A stretch of 20,544 nt of DNA from Candidatus Thorarchaeota archaeon (GTDB taxonomy: Archaea; Asgardarchaeota; Thorarchaeia; Thorarchaeales; Thorarchaeaceae): assembly GCA_016839445.1 (NCBI GenBank), contig JAEOUG010000079.1, forward strand, positions 1-20,544, in the 5' to 3' direction. Shown in pieces: positions 16,399-20,544 of this stretch (within the stretch, counting starts at the first letter, position 1; every line of letters begins with the position of its first letter). The notes under the pieces are model-generated. The model saw nothing but the letters and a program-made list of their open reading frames with translations. It did not search any database and was not told where the DNA came from. The translations under genes were made by a program, and so were the position numbers.

Positions 16399-16941
16399 TT
16401 AGACATGTCTGAACTCAATTGCCAGCACAGAGAGAAAGACAATGAGGAAGACCAAGAGGAACAGCGGGGGAGTCCAGTCCAAGAATATCGCAAAATACCT
16501 GACGATCTCCTGGGGGTTCAGTGCGATAGTTGTCAGATGGCCCCAAACCAGAAGGAGACCGTATACGGCGAATATAGGGTAGAACGCGATTCCTCCTGTG
16601 ATAATGAGGAGGAGAACAAGCACGCCCAGCCTACTTCTAATGGGGTCTAGAAGCCAGAGGGGAATCGCCTCGTCGTCGCCGAATTGGAAGTAGTAGGTTA
16701 TGAGAAAAGTCGGGAATCGCATCCGTATGATCTGGAGAATCTGTATAGCGAGCTGAAACGAGAGCAGCAGTAGCGTGTGAGCCAACATGAATCCCAAGAT
16801 CATGGCATTCAGCCAGGGCAGAGGAGGGTCAAGACTGAAAAGGTCAAGGCTCTCGATGATACCCACCATTACGCAGAAGTTCACGAACAACAAGAAGAGG
16901 TGCCCAAACAGACCTTTCGCGAGCTGGAGTCTTGAAACCAT
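16399..16941 (-). CDS. Hypothetical membrane protein (4-5 TM)
   Basis: Strongly hydrophobic 180 aa ORF starting 14 nt after the GTPase stop on the same strand, so probably co-transcribed. Confidence 0.8.
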   Translation of the reverse strand: MVSRLQLAKGLFGHLFLLFVNFCVMVGIIESLDLFSLDPPLPWLNAMILGFMLAHTLLLLSFQLAIQILQIIRMRFPTFLITYYFQFGDDEAIPLWLLDPIRSRLGVLVLLLIITGGIAFYPIFAVYGLLLVWGHLTTIALNPQEIVRYFAIFLDWTPPLFLLVFLIVFLSVLAIEFRHV

Positions 16942-16955
16942 GCCAGGAGAGCCAC

Positions 16956-17603
16956 CTATACGCCTAGTTTGGAGGGTCTATGGGGCGGCGTGCCTGCCAT
17001 CGTCTGGTCTATTGGCCCGAGTTCTTGTTGCTTCTCGATTGCTCTCTTCACAAGATCGGTGAATAGCAGGTTGATGTTCTCGCCCGTCTTAGCAGAAGTC
17101 TCGTAGTGCATCACGTCGAGCCACTGCTGAACCATATTGCCGGCCTCGCTTGGGACCAGTCTGTCCTCTCTGTCTATCTTATTGGCAACTACTGCCACGA
17201 CGGCATTCGGGCACACTGTGATGAACCTAGTAAACCAGTCGCCAATGTCAAGGAAGGTCTGAGGTCTCGTTACATCATACACTATCATGGCCATGGAAGC
17301 GCCAGCCATGTATCTGCGTCTGAGCTCGTTGTAGGTTGGTTGGCCTGCCAGATCCCAGAGCACAACACGCGCCGTCACGGTGCTTCCTGATGGTAGTTCC
17401 ACATCCAATGTCTTCAGAGCGAAGGTCGTTCCAATAGTGGCGATGTACCGTTCGCTGAAGCTGTCCTCCGTGTATCGCTTGATACAAGACGTCTTACCGA
17501 CAGCCCCGTCCCCTAATGCCACTAGTTTGAACATATGGGAAACTGAAGACATGTCGTTTGCCATGTTCTTGTCAAACCTAGTTTTCTCTTCATCGTCAAT
17601 CAC
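16956..17603 (-). CDS. Ras-superfamily (Rab-like) small GTPase
   Basis: G1 GDGAVGKT, G2 TIG, G3 WDLAGQ, G4 NKID, G5 ETSAK. No C-terminal Cys prenylation motif. Start may be ATG 17564. Confidence 0.95.
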   Translation of the reverse strand: MIDDEEKTRFDKNMANDMSSVSHMFKLVALGDGAVGKTSCIKRYTEDSFSERYIATIGTTFALKTLDVELPSGSTVTARVVLWDLAGQPTYNELRRRYMAGASMAMIVYDVTRPQTFLDIGDWFTRFITVCPNAVVAVVANKIDREDRLVPSEAGNMVQQWLDVMHYETSAKTGENINLLFTDLVKRAIEKQQELGPIDQTMAGTPPHRPSKLGV

Positions 17604-17750
17604 CTGTTATGAACATAAAAACAATCTGGGAATGTACTCCGTTCTGGGGCCATCACTGCACTTGGAACTTAGCTCTTGAGGGGTCTGTCACCATAAGGAT
17701 TAAGACGACTGTTCATCAAAGGGAGGGGCGTTAGAATCGGGTGAGTATAG

Positions 17751-18440
17751 ATGGCAGAGCAGTTCCTGAGTCGCCTCAACAAGATTGAAGAAAGCATTAA
17801 TCAGCTTGGCGAGACCCTCAAACGAATGATCACCATCCTCGGAACGGTCACTGAGATCAAGTCAGAGGTTCGAACTTCTAAGGATGAGATACTGGAGGCG
17901 CTGAAGCAGCCCGCAGCTCCTGCAGCGGCTCCCTCCGAAGACAATACCGAGCTGGCCAAGATGGTTGTTCAAGAAGTGGGTGCAGTGAGGGTATTTGTAC
18001 AGGAATCCATGGAGAAGCTCAAGAAAGAGATGACTGCCATGCTTAGTGAGATAGAGATCCCGGCGCCAGTTGTCGTTCCTGCAGCAGCTCCCGCCGCAGC
18101 ACCGACTCCCGCGAAAGCACCCGCCCCCACTCCAGCAGAGCCAATGGCTGGTGCTCCCCCAAGCCTGGCCGCAGACCGCGGTATGCAGGTCGCAGATCAG
18201 CTTGAGCGAATTGTTGAATCCATGAAGATGGGCTGTACAGCTGGTGATGTCTTGGACGTCATGAGCGAAGTCAAGGCCGAGATAATGAAGATCGTCCCTA
18301 GCGACCCAATCATGGTGAAGATCGACAAATGGGCTGGCGTTGTCGCAGGCTATCCAAAGCGAAACGAGCTCCAGGCCAGAGACATCTTGAAACTGAAGAA
18401 GGATCTGCGAGACGAGATTCCCAAGTACAGACCTGCTTAG
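17751..18440 (+). CDS. Hypothetical helical/coiled-coil protein with Pro/Ala-rich linkers
   Basis: SD GGTGAG before ATG. Heptad-like N-terminus, PAAAPAAAPTPAKAPAP linker, helical C-terminal domain. Confidence 0.8.
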   Translation: MAEQFLSRLNKIEESINQLGETLKRMITILGTVTEIKSEVRTSKDEILEALKQPAAPAAAPSEDNTELAKMVVQEVGAVRVFVQESMEKLKKEMTAMLSEIEIPAPVVVPAAAPAAAPTPAKAPAPTPAEPMAGAPPSLAADRGMQVADQLERIVESMKMGCTAGDVLDVMSEVKAEIMKIVPSDPIMVKIDKWAGVVAGYPKRNELQARDILKLKKDLRDEIPKYRPA

Positions 18441-18862
18441 TCATCCTCTGACTCTAGGATGGATCGTGGCGCCCCGTCCGCAATGAGCTTCATTGTGGCT
18501 AGAACACGAATAATGTCAGTGGCTGTCACAATACCAATGATGGCGTCTCCCTCCACAACGGGAACGTGCCTCTCTCCCGTCTGATTCATCAGGGCTATCA
18601 CCTGTCCCAGATCTGCGTCTGGACCGATAGTGATGACAGGAGTCGTCATTATGTCTGCGAGGACGAGGCTATGGTATGACTCGTCGGATAGCAGTTGAGC
18701 TCCTACTATCTCTCTGCGAGTCACCATGCCAGCCAGCATCTCTGAACGTGTCACCAAAAGACTTCCTATGTCCTCAGCCGCCATAAGGCGGGCCGCCTCC
18801 ACCACTGGAGTGTCATGGTCCGCAGCGATTATCATGGAGGTCATGAAGTCACGAGCTATCAA
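18437..18862 (-). CDS. CBS-domain pair protein
   Basis: ARDFMTS...EAARLMAAEDIGSLLV...GMVTRRE and ADIMTTPVITIGPD...HVPVVE...GIVTATDI. Confidence 0.92.
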   Translation of the reverse strand: MIARDFMTSMIIAADHDTPVVEAARLMAAEDIGSLLVTRSEMLAGMVTRREIVGAQLLSDESYHSLVLADIMTTPVITIGPDADLGQVIALMNQTGERHVPVVEGDAIIGIVTATDIIRVLATMKLIADGAPRSILESEDD

Positions 18863-18888
18863 ACGATCAATACACCTCTATGTCGCCC

Positions 18889-19479
18889 TCACGCAAGAGG
18901 ACTCTTCCCCTCACCAAGTGCCTTTTGGAGAAGTGCCTCTGCACAACGCGTAAACACGTCCGCGACATTCTCGCCCGTCTTTGCTGAAGTCTCATGGTAC
19001 TCTGACTGGAACCAATCTCTTAGCATCTGGCCTGGCTGCAAAGGCACCATCCGGTCCTTCGCCAGGTCCACCTTGTTCGCACAGATCATCACAGGCGCGT
19101 CGGGGCAGACTTCTCTGAATGACTCAAACCAGTTGTTCATCGCCATGAATGTCTCAGGTCTGGTGACATCATAGACAATGAGCGCTGCGGAAGCTCCCTT
19201 CATGAACTGTCTTCTGAGCTCCCGGTAGGTCGATTGACCGCCCATATCCCATATATTGAGGCGAACCTTCCTGTTGCTTCCGTCTTGGTCGGTGATATCG
19301 ACATCCTTGTTTGCGAAGGTCGTGCCTATGGTCTGCTTGTAGGATTCCTCGAAGACACTCTCTGTGTATCTGCGAACGAGACTCGTCTTCCCAACGCCAG
19401 CCTCCCCGAGCAGGACTACCCTGAATTTGTAGCCATCAAACCCGTTTGAGGAATCAGCTGATAGTCCGTCATCAGTCAC
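18889..19479 (-). CDS. Ras-superfamily (Rab-like) small GTPase, paralog of 16956-17603
   Basis: G1 GEAGVGKT, TIG, WDMGGQ, NKVD, ETSAK. SD GGAGG upstream of the GTG start. Confidence 0.95.
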   Translation of the reverse strand: MTDDGLSADSSNGFDGYKFRVVLLGEAGVGKTSLVRRYTESVFEESYKQTIGTTFANKDVDITDQDGSNRKVRLNIWDMGGQSTYRELRRQFMKGASAALIVYDVTRPETFMAMNNWFESFREVCPDAPVMICANKVDLAKDRMVPLQPGQMLRDWFQSEYHETSAKTGENVADVFTRCAEALLQKALGEGKSPLA

Positions 19480-19581
19480 GAGAGAGAACCTCCAGAAGGC
19501 AGTTCAAGACCAACACTGGTGAGAACTCGGCCTGTTTCTTATATGTTTTCTGCGGAGGTTCTACTCTGCTTCCCCCAGGCC

Positions 19582-20544
19582 TCACTTCTTCCAGTTTCCG
19601 GACCGGGGCAGGAGTAATTCGAACGCCACAACAGGATTCATGATCTCGAAGTTGCCGAGGACCTCTGGTGAGATCTCTCCGAACAATCCCCTCGGTCTGC
19701 CATCAATCACGATGTCCGCGGCACGACCATGAATGAAGGTTGCGTCATTTCTCCTTCTGAAGATGAATCTGCCTTCGAGACCGAGATTGGTCAAGAGGAA
19801 AGCGATGTCCTTCATTATGTCTGTGACATTCACTCTGGTATCAGTTGTCACTCCGCATACGGACGGAGTCTGATCGACCATCGTTTCTGCATTAGGGTCA
19901 GGTCTCACGACGTCTCCGACTTCAAAGAGCCGCTGCGGAAGGTCCGCATGCTGGTTCTGAGCCACGAAGCCTAGGAGAATCGGAAGAAGCGCGTTCCTAA
20001 GTACAGAGTAGTCCCTGCTCTTCGGATTGGTCGTTGTCACTAGCTTCTCCTGTCGTAGCATCTTGTCGTTGAGGAGACTGTGTGACGCCATGATATAGCT
20101 CAGGACCTCCTGGTACTCCATGCCGACCATGATATCCATGACCTTGCTCTTCAGGCGCGTTGATGTGAGAAGCCGTCCGGATGTCATTGTCGTAGGCATG
20201 GTCGGCTTGATCTTGTCATATCCGTAGCCGATTGAAATGTCCTCGATGATGTCCACCGGGTGAAGGATGTCGGTCCGATACGCGGGTGAGTCTACTGCAA
20301 TCTTCCTACCTTTGACTACAGCATCATGTCCCATTCTCCCCAGGCTCTGCATCAGCTCTTCATCGGACAGATCAAGTCCTAGGAGTTCTACCACTTCCTG
20401 TTTCGCAATCGTCATCTTCAGTGGCTTTAGGTTTGGAGTCGTCATCTTCTTGCCAGTTGGGTATTCCACCCTGACTGACTCAATGGTTCCCCCTCGTTCA
20501 ACAAGGGAGGTCACCATGATGTTGAGAGCCTGATCCACAGTCGG
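19582..20544 (-). CDS. pheT: Phenylalanine--tRNA ligase beta subunit, archaeal type (5'-truncated)
   Basis: B5 domain PAYRTDILHPVDIIEDISIGYGY, NPKSRDYSVLRNALLP, RLFEVGDV, GEISPEVL. Frame is open to the window edge. Confidence 0.95.
   Translation of the reverse strand, partial: PTVDQALNIMVTSLVERGGTIESVRVEYPTGKKMTTPNLKPLKMTIAKQEVVELLGLDLSDEELMQSLGRMGHDAVVKGRKIAVDSPAYRTDILHPVDIIEDISIGYGYDKIKPTMPTTMTSGRLLTSTRLKSKVMDIMVGMEYQEVLSYIMASHSLLNDKMLRQEKLVTTTNPKSRDYSVLRNALLPILLGFVAQNQHADLPQRLFEVGDVVRPDPNAETMVDQTPSVCGVTTDTRVNVTDIMKDIAFLLTNLGLEGRFIFRRRNDATFIHGRAADIVIDGRPRGLFGEISPEVLGNFEIMNPVVAFELLLPRSGNWKK

Noticed and set aside
1-20544. tRNA, rRNA, transposase, integrase or defence genes
   Set aside because: No cloverleaf/T-loop signature or recognisable motif was found by eye; tRNAscan-SE and Infernal were not run.

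Overview
Archaeal chromosomal window, most likely from an Asgard archaeon (Thorarchaeia-like). This assignment is inferred from archaeal top6B/top6A, radA, cofE, geranylgeranyl reductase and pheT occurring with two Rab-like small GTPases and a roadblock/LC7 protein. About 19 conventional CDSs are present, two of them cut by the window edges (a P-type ATPase C-terminus and pheT). No tRNA, rRNA, CRISPR array or mobile element was seen. The main surprise is the apparent gap at 2222-3358, which the ORF track leaves empty. Read by hand, 2364-2894 is a tightly packed operon of five 24-41 aa ORFs. Four share a C-terminal motif (approximately [K/R]..I-S/T-T-D-A-[ILV]-A-x-A-Y-x-Y-R-R) that is conserved in amino acids but not in codons. 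The array lies downstream of a TATA box preceded by 13-bp-phased repeats and upstream of an operator-like palindrome and an MFS transporter. Other notable items are a Top6A with a ~360 aa N-terminal extension (H1-like Lys-rich tracts plus two RadA-like HhH domains), a RadA with a Rad51-like P-loop, and several multi-domain zinc-ribbon orphans. All family calls come from motif recognition; no database searches were run.
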